Positions 12,681 through 27,700 of a DNA stretch of 64,000 nucleotides are shown here, in pieces. Numbering within the stretch: position 1 is the stretch's first letter; each line of letters starts with the position of its first letter. The position numbers and the translations under genes were made by a program. The notes beneath the pieces were generated by a model. The model made no database searches and was not told the DNA's origin. It saw only the letters and a list, made by a program, of their open reading frames with translations. This DNA comes from Ptychomitrium polyphyllum (lineage: Eukaryota): contig OZ316775.1 of assembly GCA_973851085.1 (NCBI GenBank), positions 5,890,001 through 5,954,000 of the forward strand, in the 5' to 3' direction.

Positions 12681-15600
12681 GTAATTTCCCAATGACATCT
12701 ACTTTTTCTTCAAATTGGTCATATATATCATATGTAATGATTCATAAAATTTCATAAATAAACAAACGTTTTAGAATAAAGGCATTTTTTACAAGAGATG
12801 ACATTTATATTTTATATGACCACACATCATGACCTATAGTGCTAAAATAATTTCCACTTCATTTCCAAATACTAAACTTTACTATATATTGTATACAATT
12901 GAAGCACCTTGCAAAAACTTTATTATAGATGTAGTGTAAAATGACATGGCTAAAGAATGCAATGAGTTTTAAACCAAAATTTCATAATGAATAAACAGGC
13001 AAGGATAGTTATAAACATATAATTTCAAAATGAATCAAAATTGTGTATTATATGGAAATGCTTAATAAAAAAATTAAAATATTTTTTTAAAACAAAAACT
13101 TTATTTTCAACTTTTAAATGAATTATATTGCTCTTAAATAATTTAACTTTTGAAAATAATATTATATAATATAATTTAAATCAACCTTCAATGATTATAA
13201 TAAATATTATAATTAAAAATTTAATCTTTATAAGCTGCATGAATTTAGGACCTACATTAGTACCATATTAATATTTTCACTATTTCATAATTGGACCTAA
13301 TATCAATCCACTTTAAACACACATTTGATTTTTCTTAATTGTTGGAAAAATGGTTCATACAACACATGCTTTACATGGAAAATATTTAGCATGTACCTTT
13401 CTAATTCTTTATAAATTAAAAATTACTTATTTTAGATTAATAAGTTTGATAACTTATCAATCATAAAATTGGGTAGCTTGTTACCCATGTGACATTTTTA
13501 TCATTATGTAAGTGAATCCTTCACTAATCTACTTTATACTTCCTTGTCAACTTCGAATTATATGGTTTTAAATGGATATGTTTGGTAACTAGTTCAATGC
13601 ATGTAATATTCTTATCATAAAAAATTGCATACCTTATAGATTTTTAACTTCGAGTGGGGTGTTTCTGGTAACTTGTTCATCTTATATTCTTGTTCTCATT
13701 GCTACGAAATTGCTACGAAATTGAATGCTACAACTATCCAGTTTCTTCTAATACAGGCTTTCAATGGGATGTTTGGCACTGTTTACGGTCATGTATATGG
13801 CTACTCAAAAAAGAATTATAAATGTTTTCCCAAAAACTTATAATAATCTCCCACCCAACAAGTTCCTATCAAACCATTGTAATCAAGTTGAAAAAAGGCA
13901 CATCTACAAGTTGAGCCTACTCGGCGACTTCAAAGAGGCAAAACACAAACGACCCAAAGGAATGATGCTACAGTGGGACAGTGGGACACAGGTACTGCAG
14001 TGTAGTGGAGCATCGGTAGCCTAGGCCATGGCTGGTCTCTGGTCTGGTGGGCACCCAAAGGCGACACTTTGTCCGACGAATATCATTATCTAGACAATAT
14101 GGCTGGTGGCGGAGCCTGCCTTTGGGAAAGAAAACGGTACTACATTCCAAGCGCTACACAACAAACGCCACCCTCCAATCCTCATGCTTCATCATCTTCC
14201 CAGATCTACATACCCCAGGCTCATCTCATCTGCAGCTAACTTAGCTAACTCATAATTAACACCCCAGCTCACAAGTTTATTGTTTTAGTTTCTTGCCTAC
14301 AATTGATTAAGCTCACCAAGTTTAGGGAAACCCACTCTATTCCTCAGGTCAGATCTGACGCTGCATTCAATCACAATGCACCTTAAGATGTCTCTTGTAG
14401 TTTGTTCATGTTGTAGTGCCATGTTTCTGATGTTGATTCTACAGTCGGCTGGTGGTGTTGCATGCTGATGGTGAACACAATTGAGGGTCATGTAAAGTTC
14501 CAACTTTTTGATATCCCAGATGAAATTAAGCAGTAGTAGCAGTACTATGGTGCCAGCTCTGGTGATTTGGTGGGAGTTGTCTGCCGCTGCAGGCAGGCAT
14601 GATGTAGGTGAGTAACTGGAAAAGGGTTAAGTACTTAGAGCCCAAAGTTTGTGCCAAAAGCTGCATCCAAGCTGGAGCTCTGCAGCTCATGGTATCCCAG
14701 TTGTGGGCACGCTTTGTGTGGAAGTGTGTCTTGTGCTCTGTCTGTCTGGGTTAGTGGGCGGTGGCTAATTGAAAAAGCGGGGAGAGAGTGCAGAGTTGGT
14801 GAGATAGAGCTGGTCAGGGCAAGCAATGGCGATAGTGTTAGACAACGATTAAGTTGAGTAAGTATTGTGTCTTGTGTTGGTGGTGTTGCGGTCGATTGAA
14901 ATTGGGGTGGCCTACCAGGTCTGCAGATTGTCAGGGGGAGTGGGTCAGGTGTACATGGAGCGCTGCAGAGGCTCCATGTGATGATGGTGAGCTAGGGTGG
15001 TCGATGTGCGCTTTTAAGACAGTGGCTTGGCATTATTTTGGTATGCGGGGATACGATGGTGGCAGCTTCTGTGCATGTGAGGGCTCCACTTCTGGGAGCG
15101 CCTTGCCCTGTCCTGCCTTGTCTGCGCAGGCAACAGGCTGCAGATTCAATAGCAATCGGGTGTCATTTTTCGTTCCTGCAATTTGCGACATGGATTGCAT
15201 CGAATGAGTGTCGCCAATCAGTAGCCGGCCTCTCCTTGTCTTCAGGATACAGCCTCTGATGTCGCTGGGGCTGGCTTAAGATTAAAACCAACTCTTGGCC
15301 TAGGGTGGGTCCTCCCCATGTGCACGCCCTGTGGGCTGAAGCGCTCAATCATCATGGACAGACATTAGATAGCTCTCCGTCTTCGCAACGCTTTTGCTGT
15401 TACTTCGGTCTTGATGTTGAGAACAAGGACTGACTGACTGGCCACATCTGGGTCGGTCGTCGACTCATTTTCTTGTATTGAAGAGCACTTCAGGAAGCTC
15501 TAGTTTTTTTTTGGTGATTTCTGGTTCAGGTTTTAGGGTGAAAGTCGACAGCAAGTAACATTCTGTGAGTGTGAATGAGCAAGCTTTGATCTAACTTTCT

Positions 15601-18098
15601 AAGGAAGGAAGATTACAAGCTGCATCTTGGGTGCAGATTGTAGGCGGGAATGAATGACTCTAGTTTCGCAAGATACCTCGATTTCTACAGAATGAGAGCG
15701 CCGTAGAGAAGTACGTGCATAGAGAGTAGAGTAGCCACTTATTGGAGCTTTAATAACACTACCGGTACCTAAGCTCAATCATAAGTTGTTGCGCAATTTG
15801 GGCAGACGTTAAACATATGAGTGTTAGGTCTGGGTGGAGTGCTTCACTGGAATGTTAGGGTTCCTGAAGAGACCTCGTCAACGCCAGCACCTCATCTGAT
15901 TGCTGTAACGCAGCCAATTTCTACAAGACAGAATTCAACACTCTTAGTGATATGGGGGGTCACAAAGTCCACACTCGCAATGAAATTCAGTTCTCAAGTT
16001 TTGGCAATGCAGGAGTTTGTTGCATTTGCCACATTTCTCATTCTTCGCCATTTCGCAGCTATAGCTTTAGCAGATCGGATCTGGGCTCAAGACTCCTCGT
16101 GCATGTTGAGAATCCTTGATTGCTCAACATGGGGTAGATCATAAGCTTAGTGTCGCTTGTGACTTCTTTCGCTTTGCTTGACCCAACTTAATTGATTGGT
16201 TCCCTCTTCTGACCCGCTGCTAGGCATTTCCACCTAGCGCTAACATATAGTAGTGCCTGTGTCGCTTGGTCGGCTGAACCCATTTACCTTAGATTCCAAA
16301 TTGAATATCTATTTTCCAGTTTACGTTTGGAAATGGTAACAAGGAGTTTGCATTTTTGTGGTAGAAAGATAACTTAACAGAGTAGTTGAAAAGTCATAAA
16401 TGTGTTCTGACTCCAGAAGCCAATGTTGGACGAAGCTCACGAACTCATGCTGTCTTCGTCTTCTTTAGGCATCACACTTTCTACCTGTCAAAGCTGGTAC
16501 TTTAGTTCCCGCTTGCGTCTTTGGGAGGGAGGGACGTCTTGGGGAAGGTTTTCGTACTTGCTGTGGGGTCGTGGAGAGGCCCTTTCAGAGTCATTAATGG
16601 TTTTCTTTCCTTCTGAGTCCTCTGCAATGCTCTCAGAGTCATCACAAGTAATGCAGAAGTTTGATTAAGATTTCAACGAGTTTAATCAGCTGTGTCGGCC
16701 CAATGATCCCTGACATCACGGCAGATGGTACTCGTAACGTGACGGGAAATCAGTACACCAGTTTCTACATTGATATCTCCTTCTCTTCTGGAAAAATATT
16801 GTGTACAAATGTACATTGTCGGGGGTCAGGTGCAGTCAGTGGGTTTGTGCCTATCCCTTACGAATGAATGATACTTCCTATACTTCTGGGGTTACCAATA
16901 AGTTCTAGGTACCCTCCCATTTTTTCGTTGAGTTCGTATCCATCTTTCTCAATGCTAAATGACTGACTGTTGTGTAGAATGAGTTGGAGGCTATCATACG
17001 GTGGTTACATCAAGAGCAATTTCGTTGTTACTCTGAACTTTGCCTTTACGGCCGGTTGCATCGTCGTGTCATTTTGGTGGCAATTAGGAAGAATATTTTG
17101 ATTGATCTTCGCCATGTATACTGGTGAGTAGATTGAGCCCTTCGTCCCTGGGAGCATCTATAGAAATTCCACGTGGGGAATATTGTATTGCTCTGTTTGT
17201 TAGTCTATGGGTCTCCCATTTCTCATCATCGCCCATTTTTCAGGCTGACTGATTGGCATTCTCTCGATAGCGTGGCAGGATCTTCTTACCAAGTATCTGA
17301 GTAGATCTTTGTGAAGGCTAAGTCAGAGTTATGAGTGTTCGTGACAGGAGAAATTTGTACGCCCTTTCCTTTCGTTCAGTGCTTATAATTCTGTCTCATG
17401 TGGTTTATTCTGTTGTTTAGTGCTAAAATGTTATACTGCTTATCATGCAGGCTTATCCAGCACCTGGGAGCACAGACCGAGACTCGAATTTGCTAGGGGA
17501 GTTGCATAGAAGAATTATGAGAGGAGAGTGGTTGCTTGCTGTAAGCGGCAATTGCAAGGGGCTATGTCGGGAAAGTCTTATGGAGTTCCGTTAGCTCGAA
17601 AGGACCATCACCAATAAAGGCTTCAGGGCCTCTTCACATTCACTTTTTGTACCCTTCCTCCTTTATTTTCCTGTCGACGAGTGTACTCATCGTGGATAGT
17701 AGAAGCTCCTCTGACACTTTCTTACACGCCTTGATACCATCACCGCACCTCCTCCACCGTGGACTCTGCCTGCTCTAGTTCTGTCATTAGTTTTTCGCAA
17801 GTTTTTCCGCTAAAATGATATAGAATGGACTGAGTAATGAGAAACTGTGGGCCAAGGGGTTGTACTTTAGAGGCCTTGTAGGGGGCGAGTGTTCACAGTA
17901 CTAGATTTGTTTCTCTTACAACGTCTTCGGAAGGAGATACATTACTTCATGTCCGGGATAGATTTGAGATACTCTGCGCCTTGCTGGCGATCTTAGTGGA
18001 AGTGGCCAGGCGGGTTGTGAAGCTTTCGCTTCAGAAGTAGTGGTTTGGAGTTAGGATGCGCAATACAGGACAAGAGTAACTTGCTCCAGATTTCTACG

Positions 18099-21000
18099 AT
18101 GAAGTTCATGAGGTTGGGATCAAAGGTGGACACATTCACTGTTCGCGGGAATTCTACGTAAGATTTCTGAAGTTTTCATGATGTGGTCTAGGTAGCATTT
18201 GAAGTTAAGGGCTAGCATTTGTTTTTTTACTTATGTCGTAAGGTGTATTTTAGGTTCTTTTCTATACCTTGTTTTTTTCTAAGTACCATAAGAAATACTT
18301 GTATTCTCTAGACGCCTATGCCAAGGAAGAGAACCTGAGCTCATTCTTTTCAGTGAAGAAGGGCTTGATAGTATTGGGGTGTGGCGGTTAAGTTTATGAC
18401 GAGTTGTAGTTTGATGTTGGAGTTCCTTTGTGGTGTAGGTTGGTGACTTCAGAACTACCAAGTGACATAACTTTTGATGTTGACGGTCACAAATTCCATC
18501 TTCACAAGGTAGTTTTCTACTGCATAGCACACATGTCAAATTGATCCCTAAATTTATATTGTATTTCATTATTCTCAGCTACCATTCTACTGGCTAGATT
18601 AATCTCCTGAAAATAATGAATCGAACCTTAGATGTAGTTTTTGCTTCATTCCAGGAAGTCGTGAAGTTAAACCAATGTCAGCTTCAAAATAGATACATGT
18701 TCTAAAGAGGTCTACGTCAACATAGGAGATGAGAGTTGTACTCTGATGTTGGTTTTATCTAACATGGTTACAAAAATGTCTCATGTCCGCTGTTGCAAGT
18801 TCCCTCTGTTGGCAAAATGGGGAAACCTCAACAAACTTGTTGCAGCAGCACATGAAGTGGGGAGTGAAGAGGTGCTCATCCATGGCTTCCCAGGAGGAGT
18901 AGGTTGTTTCGAGATGTGTGCTAAGTATTGTTACGGCATTACCATAACCCTGAGCCCACACAACGTGGGTGAGGTGAGATGCGGCGCGGAGTTCCTTCAG
19001 ATGTCTGAAACAACTGAGAAGAGCAACCTCATCTTCAAGCTTGAAGTGTTCCTGAATTCATCCATGCTTCGCGGTTGGAAGGACACTATCATATGTCTTC
19101 GGAGCAGCAAAGTTCATATGCCATGGGCTGAGGATCTCAAGGTACTCAACCTACTGCCATCTGTACCAGGTCGACTTACACATTCATGTATTGCACTGAT
19201 AGCCTTCTCCACTCTTATCGTCGCATTTTTAAAGAAGAAAAATGAGGTCATATATCGCCAAAATAACTAAGCTCCTCCAGAGGTTTCAGAATTTTCCTTA
19301 TGTTTTAACAATTTTGACAAGTCTATTGTAAGGATGTGACAGATTATCGGTCGATGCATTGAATCCATCGCATCAAAAACTTGTGTGGATCCCGCTGACG
19401 TGGACTGGTCCTTCACATATCCGAGACCTCATACTTCCATATCACACCAGTCTGGTATTGAGCGCAGTAGCCCTGCTGCCTGGAGTAGTCGCCGAATGAC
19501 ACTCGTACCCAATGACTGGTGGCTCGAAGACATAAGTGAACTGGACATTGACCTCTACAAGAGGGTGATCCAAGCCATTAAAGCCAAAGGTGCGCCCTTG
19601 GAGTTGGTGGCTGAGTCCATCAGAATGTACACTCTTAAATCTTTACCAGACGTGTTGCAAGAGTCAATATCCACACGAGAAGACGCTCTCATAACAAGTG
19701 AAGAATCGTCATACAAGTTCACGGGGGTTACAGCTAAGGACAAACATGTGTTTGAAACACTTGTGAGTCTCCTGCCAGCGGAGAAAGGCACATCTTCTTG
19801 CAGCTTCTTGCTACGGTTGCTCAAGGCGGCTACTTTCCTTGACCCATCATCTTCCACCAAAATGGAGCTGGCGAGACGGGTTGGTTTGCAGTTGGAGGAA
19901 GCATCACTGCACGACCTTATGATTCCGTCTGTGTCATTCTCAAGTGACACCGTTTGTGATGTTGATTTGGTGATTCGGATTATGGAGCATTATATGGCCC
20001 AGTTCCAAAGTCCTCAGGTAGACCAAAGTTTCCAGATGGAGCAGAGAACCACTCTGTTAACTGAAATCGATATTGATTCCAATGCTATTGATCACCGGAT
20101 GACAGCGGCTACGAACGATTCGCAGCTCAAAGTGGCGAAGCTCATTGACCGATATCTAGCAGAGATTGCGAGGGATTCCAACATGCCTCTTGCTAAATTC
20201 ATCCAGCTAGCGGAGTCTGTACCTGAATTTGCACGTCCTATTCACGATGGATTGTATCGTGCCATTGATATGTACCTCAAGGTGATATTTTTGCGCCATT
20301 CAGTAGTTTCATTTTGTATTATTCTCACTAAACTTTTTGGCGATTGATCTTAATCCTGTTGAGATTTTCATCAGTAGATTGGTTAATTACATGGGTTGGA
20401 TTTGGAACTGCAGGAACATCCCCTGATGACAAAGACTGAACGGAAAAAGATCTGCAAACTGATGGACTGCAAGAAGTTGTCTATGGATGCGTGTATGCAT
20501 GCAGCCCAGAACGATCGTCTTCCACTTCGAGTTGTAGTTCAGGTCAGTTGCTCCAACTCTGGAATGTCAATTTCAACTTAGTATTTGGTTTTAGTTCTAA
20601 CATGTAATTGGTTTTCTGGTTGTAAACACCAACTGCCCTATCTCCATGGTTTTCTGCTCCACTTCTAGTTTCTTCAGCTTCTAGCATACAATTCTGCATT
20701 TTGAAGCAGTGTTTGCTTTTTGGAACAGCACAATGAGGGTGCAAATGGGCATGGTGACCAATGCACTGTCTGTGAGCTCCTCCAAGCTTCCGTCACATAA
20801 TTAATTTCAATTTATAATAGTTGTTGTAAAGTTTTTTAATTAGATTATTTTCTTTCAGTCAAAAAATGCAATCTTTATTTGTGGGTCCAAAATTTACTTC
20901 CAGATTTAATGCTTTGCAGGTCTTATTTTTTGAGCAAGTACGAACTGCTGTGAACGGTGGCCTCCTCCTCAGTGACCCACCTGGGAACATGCAGCAGCCA

Positions 21001-21369
21001 GATTATGGCGAAGAAATCAGCTTACCTGAAGCCAACACCGGCAACCACAACGAGACCTCCGGATCCACAGGGGACGAGAACTGGGAAACCGTGCACCAAG
21101 ACTTCACTGCCTTGAAAGGTGACCTAGCCAGCATCAAGATGCGCATTGCGGAGGCAGAGAGAGAACGAAGCACCATGCAACAAGACGCCACCAGCAAGCA
21201 TATGAAAGCCAAAGGCGTTTTATCTGCCTTCAAACCAGAAAAGCTCTTTAATAAGCTGTTTGCCAGCAGGGGCTTCTCCAGCTCGGAGTCTTCTCGTGAC
21301 TCCATCAGCCCTGAAGTGCCCACCGAGAAGATGACCATCAAGCAGCAGCTTCGGCATAGCATTGCCTGA
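18099..21369 (+). CDS. BTB/POZ-NPH3 domain protein (NRL family, NPY/MAB4-like), 6 coding exons, ~662 aa
   Basis: Exons 18099-18157, 18439-18508, 18800-19141, 19343-20281, 20414-20542, 20920-21369, all GT-AG and in phase. Starts [13 protein letters not shown]; contains [35 protein letters not shown] and [24 protein letters not shown]; ends RHSIA. Confidence 0.96.
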
Positions 21370-24300
21370 TGCCGATTAAACTGAGGAGGACAATCTCAAT
21401 TAAACTTTGGGGGCTGGGTTGCCATGTTATGTGTACATTACCATTACTTTGTATATCTTATCAGCCTTAGATTCGCTTAACTTCATGATTTTGGAGAATA
21501 GCAAACCACTCAACTCTGCAGGCGTTGCCTCTAATTTAGCTCACTACATTTAGAGTATAGCTGGTGAATAGGAGAAGCTACAAAATTTACCCAATTCGAA
21601 TACTGTACCTTTCTCATACTACACTAAAGATGAAACTCGGATCCTCATACATATGAGGAGGGGAGGGCATGCAGTTCCCCATATACATTTTGTCAGATAA
21701 AACTGTTCTGTTCAATTATTCAAGTAGGTTCATCCCTTTGCCATATCAAATCCCTCTTTTTCTGACTGCTGTTTGAAAAGTAATCATTTGTGCTCTCCCT
21801 AGACTCAGATTTTGTGCTCTTGATTTCCTTATCAGAAATATATTGCCTCGGATATCTTCACTATCAGTGACTGACTGGCTAGAATGAGAACGTGCTACAT
21901 CCGTCATGATAAGTTCATGAACTGGTCGCTGTTCACAATTACTGTGAGGAAACTCAATGTAGAGCTGGTTTGGCAGGTCACTGATAAAAATACCATCTGA
22001 ATTGATTCCCCTAAATATTATTCTCAGATTCACACGCTCCACTCGAAGCAACCGACTCTCCCTTAATCTTAAACCAAATAAATGATAGTGAGGGCTGTTG
22101 AACTGCATGAATGAATGAATGAGTACAGTGTAGTGACTTGGCATCCAAACTACAAGATTTTGATGGTGAAATGATATCTTTTAGTAATGGGATATTTCTT
22201 TGGAAAGAAGGTGTTCAAAGGGATCATTAAAGAACGTTATGGTTACATAGAATCTTACCTGTGCTTGAAACAAACTCCCAAAATAAGTTTCTTTTTAAAC
22301 ATCAAACAATCCGGACAGACACGGTCTCATTTCCCATCTTCAGCTTACTGCCAAAATATCTTACGAACTTTCATAAAATTCATTAGGCCTTATCAACCAG
22401 GGTTTACTGGTTATCTATTCCTTTAACTCAAACTGGAGTTCAGAATTGGAATCCGAAAGAAAATCCGACGGGTGCCTCTTCAGGAGTCAACGTAGTATCT
22501 AGAACACATTCACTCCTTTTGCACTTGGAAGCTGTGTCAGCAAAACATTCTCTTATTGCAGCCGCCATGGCACTGTAAAGAATGCAGGACTCTCTGCGCT
22601 TTTCTCTTTTTCCTAATGAAGTTTGCCAAACACAAATGACAAAAAAATGGAGACGCTTATAATCTGATTACCTCTACTCCAGGCAATCTGGACACACATG
22701 GGTTAATTCCTGATGTTTCCAAACCAACACACCCCTTCCATAATCATTGGTTCAAGTCTGGATTGACCACAATTGAAAAAGAGTAGTCAAAAAATTGAAA
22801 ATTACAAATGACAAGAAATGGCACAATAACTTACACTATGCTTCGTAGAATTCTGAAGTCTGCTACTGTGGTCTCCTAGAAAAAAGAAGGTGAGCATTGA
22901 AAGTGTATTGGAATTGTTTTATTCTTGTGGATATGATTTAATTAAAATTTTTAAAATGTGGTTTATTAATAACCATGTTCAGTTGTTTTAAAGTAATGGG
23001 TGTTCTAAAGTAATAATTGTAGGTAATGTTTCTAGAATTCCACTACTAGAGAACGTTATGTTTTATAGGTATGACATTTTCCAGTGATTGTAGAAATGTA
23101 CTTTCATTTCATACAATTTGATGAGTTTTGTACAAATCTTCCGAGTTTGCAGCATTATCCTACTAAGTCTTTAAAATGAACTGAACAAAAACCTCAAAAA
23201 GCAGAAAATTGGAAAAGTCACCACATTTTTCTTCATTGGACGAACTCAAACACAATGGGTACAGAAGGTGATGGAAATGAATCGTTTGATATTTAATTGG
23301 TGACCTGTCCCCAAAGTTAGCACAGCATTCTAGAAAGCCTGCCAATAAACCCTGGTTTCAAACAAAACTAATATGGATTATTGCTAAAATAGATGAAGGA
23401 AGTCACTCCATCTTGATGTAAAAGTATCCAAAATTTTAGGCGTCATTGTTATTAAGCCAAAATAGTGATGCTCAAATTTGCAACAGCTTAGAATTAGAGT
23501 GAAAATATTTCCACAAGTGTTTTGAGTTTGACTTTTTAGTCCAATATTTCATGAAACTAATGAGATCTAATCTGATTTTAAATTATGAATAAATGCATTT
23601 ATTAAAATTTTAAAATTAATGTAAGTAAGTCCATTGCATAAAAATCTACACATATGTTAAAAAGATGTCCGAAATTGGAAGCAAAGAGGATGGATGAACC
23701 TCCTCATCTATTACATTTAAAATTTGAATATATTTAAAACTCCATTAAAAGTTCCTTAATATATACATCTTTGTCCAAAAGAGCCAATTTACAAATTTTA
23801 ATAACCTTCAATGATATAAATTTTTGAAGAATTGTTATTTTTATCCACGATTTGAATTTGATGAAGATTATTTGCATACATTCTTAAAAAAACATTATTC
23901 TAGTAATGAAAATCTTATATGAATCTAAGTTATTGTGACAACTTAGGAAGTATTTTAGTGCACAAGAATTTAGTTTTGAACACTTTTTGATTTGTAATAT
24001 TTTGGACCATTTTTAATATTGGAAAGTCGTTTGTTAATTCATCAATAGTTTTTAATGATTTGTTTTGCACCAAAGTATTTCAAAAAGGATATTAAAAGTT
24101 ATTTTATTAGTGTATTTTTAGAAATTGGATTTCAATTCCAAAATGCCACCAATTTAATTTTAGTATTATTTTTGATATCAAACATTATAACCTTTCAATC
24201 TGTATGGAACATAGTATTTGTAAAAACATCACACAGTTTCTGAAAATGTTATAAATGAGACTTTTACAAATACCAATAAGGCCAAAAATCTCCAATGTTG

Positions 24301-24652
24301 AAAATTTCCCATTTGAAGCTCCCAGTGGATGCTTTTTAAGAACATCAAGTAAACAGTACGAGCTTTTTCCCTAAAAATGAATTTCAAAGAAAACTGAATT
24401 CCGCACATCAAAAAAGATTTCCAAATATTGGTGATAACAAAGATAGATTCAACTGTCTAGAAAAAACTTCTAACAGAGCATGTTCATTGAACTCCAAAGT
24501 AGAATTTGTTGTTGGATTTCACAACTCACAATGCCAAAATCTGAAGAAAAACCTCAGGCGGTAAAGGGGTCAAAGGCAAGTCCTGGAGTTGGCAACCAAG
24601 GGCAACATGGAGTTGAAAGTTTGTGCAGCTGTGCAAACTCAGAAGTAGAACC

Positions 24653-24709
24653 TGGTGAGTGGTGAGTGGTGAGTGGTGAGTGGTGAGTGGTGCGAGGTGA
24701 GTGGTGACT
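24653..24709. repeat. (TGGTGAG)n heptamer tandem repeat
   Basis: Five perfect copies at 24653-24687 followed by degenerate copies. Confidence 0.95.
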
Positions 24710-27700
24710 CGTAGGCTGAGCTGGAGAATGAAACGTACGCGGTGTTGTGTGCAGCATCCATGTTTCAACCTTGGCGGAGGCCATGGGCATGCAGGGCGTC
24801 ATTGAAGACCGGAGTGCGTGAGCCTGAATTGCCTGTCCATTCCGCTGCATGCACCACTGCAGCTGCACGGGTACGACTCCTTCGTACACATGCAGCCCGA
24901 TTTGGTCGCATATTTCGGCTTCCATATGAGCTAATTCAACATTCCTTAGAACCTTAAAGTAATCGAAAGTACTCGCTGGCGCCGCTGTTAACTCGGCCTG
25001 AACTGTTCAAGTTGACAGTGGATCTGTATGGGGCTGCCAGGCTGCCAGCTTTGGAGTATTCTGTGACGAGGAGGGTAGGAAATTCAGTGTGAGCTTTTTA
25101 TAACGCTGAAATGTGCCAGGAAGGTCAGAGGACGTATTATAAACAGTAGCCTGCGAGCTCGATCTTCTTCCCCAGTATGCGGCAGGAAGTACAAGCTTCC
25201 GTTACCGACATTGACTGCGTGCGTGCGTGCCTTGAAGCCTTCGTGATCTACAGTATGCGATGACGTAGCTCCGAGAGATGTCCATCAAATCTTCCATAAA
25301 TGCCGGATACCGAATCAAGCTGATAAGTTTAAACCGGTTTAAAATCTCACGTGGATTCTCGGGTCATTAATCAGGCGCTGCAGGCCCTGCAGATCAGATT
25401 CTGTCTCTACTATACCACGGGTTGCGCAAATTTATTATAAATCCACTTGAACAGAAGCACGAGATCTAATGAAACTCTTTTCACGCTAAATCTGGTAGCC
25501 TAGCACTTTGATTCAGATTATTGGATTTAGAACGAAAATCTCGAGAAACGACAGGAAGTTAGGAACCCGATCTCCAAAAACCAGACTGCGTGCATGACTG
25601 CTTAACATAAGCACTGGATTGGAATGGAATGAATCTGATTCCTTCCAATCACAGGCATTGATTTCTATGAGGCTTCGAATTTTGGGGTATTTGCAGAAGT
25701 AACAATAACAAGGCACCGGCAGCACTTATGGGAAGCGGGTAGACAAGTTAGTGAAAACATTTAATAAATTGTCACACACTAAGGGTCAATCTTGCAGATG
25801 AGGCAGCCTGGTTTAAGCATTTCTAGAGGTAAGTCACTTTCCATGCCAGACCACGCCAATTAAGTTGCTGTCATCATTTAGCAATTTTAGCTTTGAGGAA
25901 GTCGAAGAACGTGACTACAAGTCACCGAATATTTTCAACCTCCAACTCTTGGAACTAAAACCTGCTGATTGAAATTACAATAGAATACCAGTTGGTATTG
26001 CAGCCTGCTGTTTGAATTGCCAGTATTATATCGTCCCTGCACTGAGATGAGCAGGAGAAATGACGTCCTTACTGACGCCCTACTACAATTCGACAATATG
26101 GAGTTTGTTTATGATTATAGGAGGGCGTCATCAAAAAGAGTGCTATTCTTGTGTCATTTCTCCTTCACCTTCATCGTCCTAGTGCTATGAGCCCATGAGG
26201 ATAAGTACAGGCTGAATTTGATTGTCTAGAATGGGTATTTGGTGCACGTTCTCGGATCAGTTGTTTGACGACGATTGCAAATTTGCATCAATGTTTGAAT
26301 CAGAGCTCTTAAATTCCATTTCTTCCTGAGCCTGTCCACCCCAGCCCACTTTACCTCGCGGAAGCATATGAGGCAGGCGAGTATGGTTCCCTACTATGTA
26401 TCTGAACTTCTGTTTTTGTATTAATACTAAATGAGCTAGATAGTACGTACCAGATTCAATTTGACTATGGCAGTACAAACACAGTAGATCACAATTCAGA
26501 ATTTTGTGACCTGGTTCTTGGTAACAGATACCAAACAGCAGATTATTATGAGTGCAATTCACACGTCAGCGGGATTCGGGGAAATGTATGTAACCATAGG
26601 GTAGCCATCGAAACCTCAAGAATATCTAGGAAATTGGAATAGCTCCCCTCATAGGAAGATCCTTGATGCAATTAGACAAAATGCATGAATATGAAACCAG
26701 TAGTTGCAGTTGGTCTCAGAGAAACGCACTAGAAAAGGACGAGGATATGGCCCTAGGGGTTGGGAAATGACACCCCATGCATGAAGCTATTCTATTCTAT
26801 ACTTGAGAAACTATCAGAGTAGAGCATAAGTTCAGAGGTGACTTATAAGATATATTATCCAGATTCATGTCGCCTGCGTCCTACAGGAGCCGAATATGCA
26901 AGTTCGGTACTAGCGAGAACTCCAAATGAAGATTCTCCTCGAGATTTGCCTCATTTCATGAACAGAAGAATTAAAGGACATTGCCCTCAGATTGCCAGTG
27001 CACACTTCCTAACGTTGTAGTAGTTCAGTACGTGTGTCTCAAAATTCCCTCGCGGTCTTCTAAAATAAACTAGGGAAGGCAAAACACACTTTGATGATTT
27101 TTGACTCTTGACCATCTTTAAATGTAGACGACTGACTTAGCAGAGTCCTAGGCAGTTTACAGGTGCATGAAGCTAAAAATTACCGACTGGCTGGTGGTAG
27201 CATTCATCAAATTACTCAAAAGACTGTAACTAACACGTCAACAGCCAAGAGGAGATTTAACATCATGCATGGCCAGACTAGTGAGGTAATCAGTTCGTAC
27301 CTATTCTGAACGGAATTCTCAAGACATGTCATAAGGCTTAATATTTCAGTCATATAATCATTGCAATAGCGGCTCACTTGCATAGAATATGATATGTAGA
27401 TGGCCACTAAAGTAGAATAAATAGTGGCTTCGAGACCGTGGAGGTACCAGTGTGCCCAGTGCCTTGATTGAATGAAGGCCGTTGGGTGGCTATCGAAAGA
27501 ATCTTTTCAAGTAAGAATGTCTTAAGCGACTCTTACCAGTGGTTTGAGGTAAGCCTTTTGATCCCCCTGTAAATTAGTACAAAATGAGATGCCAGATTTC
27601 TACGGATTATATTCGACTCCCGGAGCGCCTGGCTAGTTAATTACCCGGCACACTCGCTACTGTTCGAGATACATATTAGGCCTGCAACAATATGAACCGA

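Noticed and set aside
19555..21362. Minus-strand ORFs inside the NPH3-family gene
   Set aside because: Antisense shadows of coding exons.
21746..22144. 132-aa minus-strand ORF downstream of the NPH3-family gene
   Set aside because: No recognisable motif, codon bias or splice context.
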